NCBI GenBank assembly: GCA_964368605.1
Contig: CAYJBP010000005.1
Span: forward strand, 1 to 46,312
Source: an uncultured Peptococcaceae bacterium
Lineage (GTDB): Bacteria > Bacillota > Dehalobacteriia > UBA4068
Reading direction: 5' to 3'
DNA: 46,312 bases
In this document: positions 45,611 to 46,312 of the stretch, one piece after another
Layout: each line of letters starts with the position of its first letter
Position numbering within the stretch: the stretch's first letter is position 1
The notes under the pieces: generated by a model
Seen by the model: the letters and a program-made list of their open reading frames with translations, nothing else
The model's database searches: none
What the model was told of the DNA's origin: nothing
Program-made: the position numbers and the translations under genes

Positions 45611-46312
45611 GTCTATTTGTAAAACTACTCTGCAAAAAATTCTCGAAATTATTTGCCAAAATCTTCTCCGCTAAACAATGGCACTCTGCTGGCAAATATG
45701 CCCGTTTTGTTCTTGGCGATGGCAATAACTGCCATGATAATTGCCTTTGATGATAAAATACCTGCCAGATCTGTTGCATTTCTTAATTCGGAAATAGTTT
45801 TCGCATAAAGTAGCAAATTCAATATATAAAAATTGCTCTAGATTGCTACAACGATAGTTAAAATCTATATCCTTACTATACTAACCGAGAACAGCCATTA
45901 ATCCCGGCACAAGATTAAATTCCTGCTCAAAGTCATTACGCATGGATAAGGCAAAAAATCATCGCCTTAATCAGCCTTTTGAGGCATCGTGTGCGAGTTT
46001 GCTTGGAATTTAGGGTGTAGGTAGCCAAGAGTAAAATTTAAAAGAAAAATCAATTTGCAATATCAAGTTAAACATTTTATATATTGTGTTTTAATTTTCC
46101 TTTATGTATAATAACAAATGCATACCTAACAAGCTACAGAACAAGACAAAGTGTCCTATTTTAAACATAATAAAAATGTTGCAAAAAAAACACTGTTGCA
46201 TAGTTGCAAAAGTGTTTTTTCTCGTATTCAGTTTGGTCAAAAAAGCCCCTTTATGATACTCTCATATTTTCAAGGGTTTGTGTTATTAGCAGTCAAAAAA
46301 GATGTCATCCTG

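Noticed and set aside
45558-45779. 73-aa minus-strand ORF.
   Set aside because: It reads through the terminator hairpin at 45576-45600. A different frame of the same strand looks more protein-like but lacks a start, so the region is treated as a relic rather than a gene.

Overview
This 46.3-kb window comes from a low-GC, Gram-positive-type anaerobe. It looks Clostridia-like because it has SLH anchors, a Grd selenoprotein and consensus sigma-A promoters.

**Layout, left to right**
1. A complete F1Fo ATP synthase operon (atpZ-I-B-E-F-H-A-G-D-C), extended by a COG0523 (CobW-like) GTPase.
2. A convergent orphan grdE-grdB pair: glycine/sarcosine/betaine-reductase component B. grdB carries an in-frame UGA (selenocysteine) and a SECIS-like hairpin. 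The pair has a divergent TetR gene, followed by a QueD/PTPS-like gene.
3. About 0.7 kb of gene debris (a frameshifted ParA fragment and a response-regulator stub).
4. An accessory-looking catabolic island at 13.6-26.7 kb. It holds a C-N hydrolase, two paralogous NicX/M29-like metalloenzymes, a PepV-like M20 dipeptidase, a large XRE regulator, a 5-gene peptide-type ABC importer and a hydantoin-racemase-like enzyme.
5. A Zn/Mn-type ABC pair without a binding protein.
6. ahpC plus a domain-permuted ahpF.
7. A 14-kb cell-surface cluster (31.9-45.5 kb). It encodes giant repeat proteins anchored by three different wall-binding modules: SLH, CW_binding_1-type and copper-amine-oxidase-N-like.

I saw no rRNA, tRNA, CRISPR array or intact transposase.

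**Best candidates for something undescribed**
- The catabolic island, and its possible link to the orphan Grd component B.
- The roughly 25-residue YGGG solenoid-repeat surface proteins.

All functional calls rest on motif recognition by eye. No database search was run.
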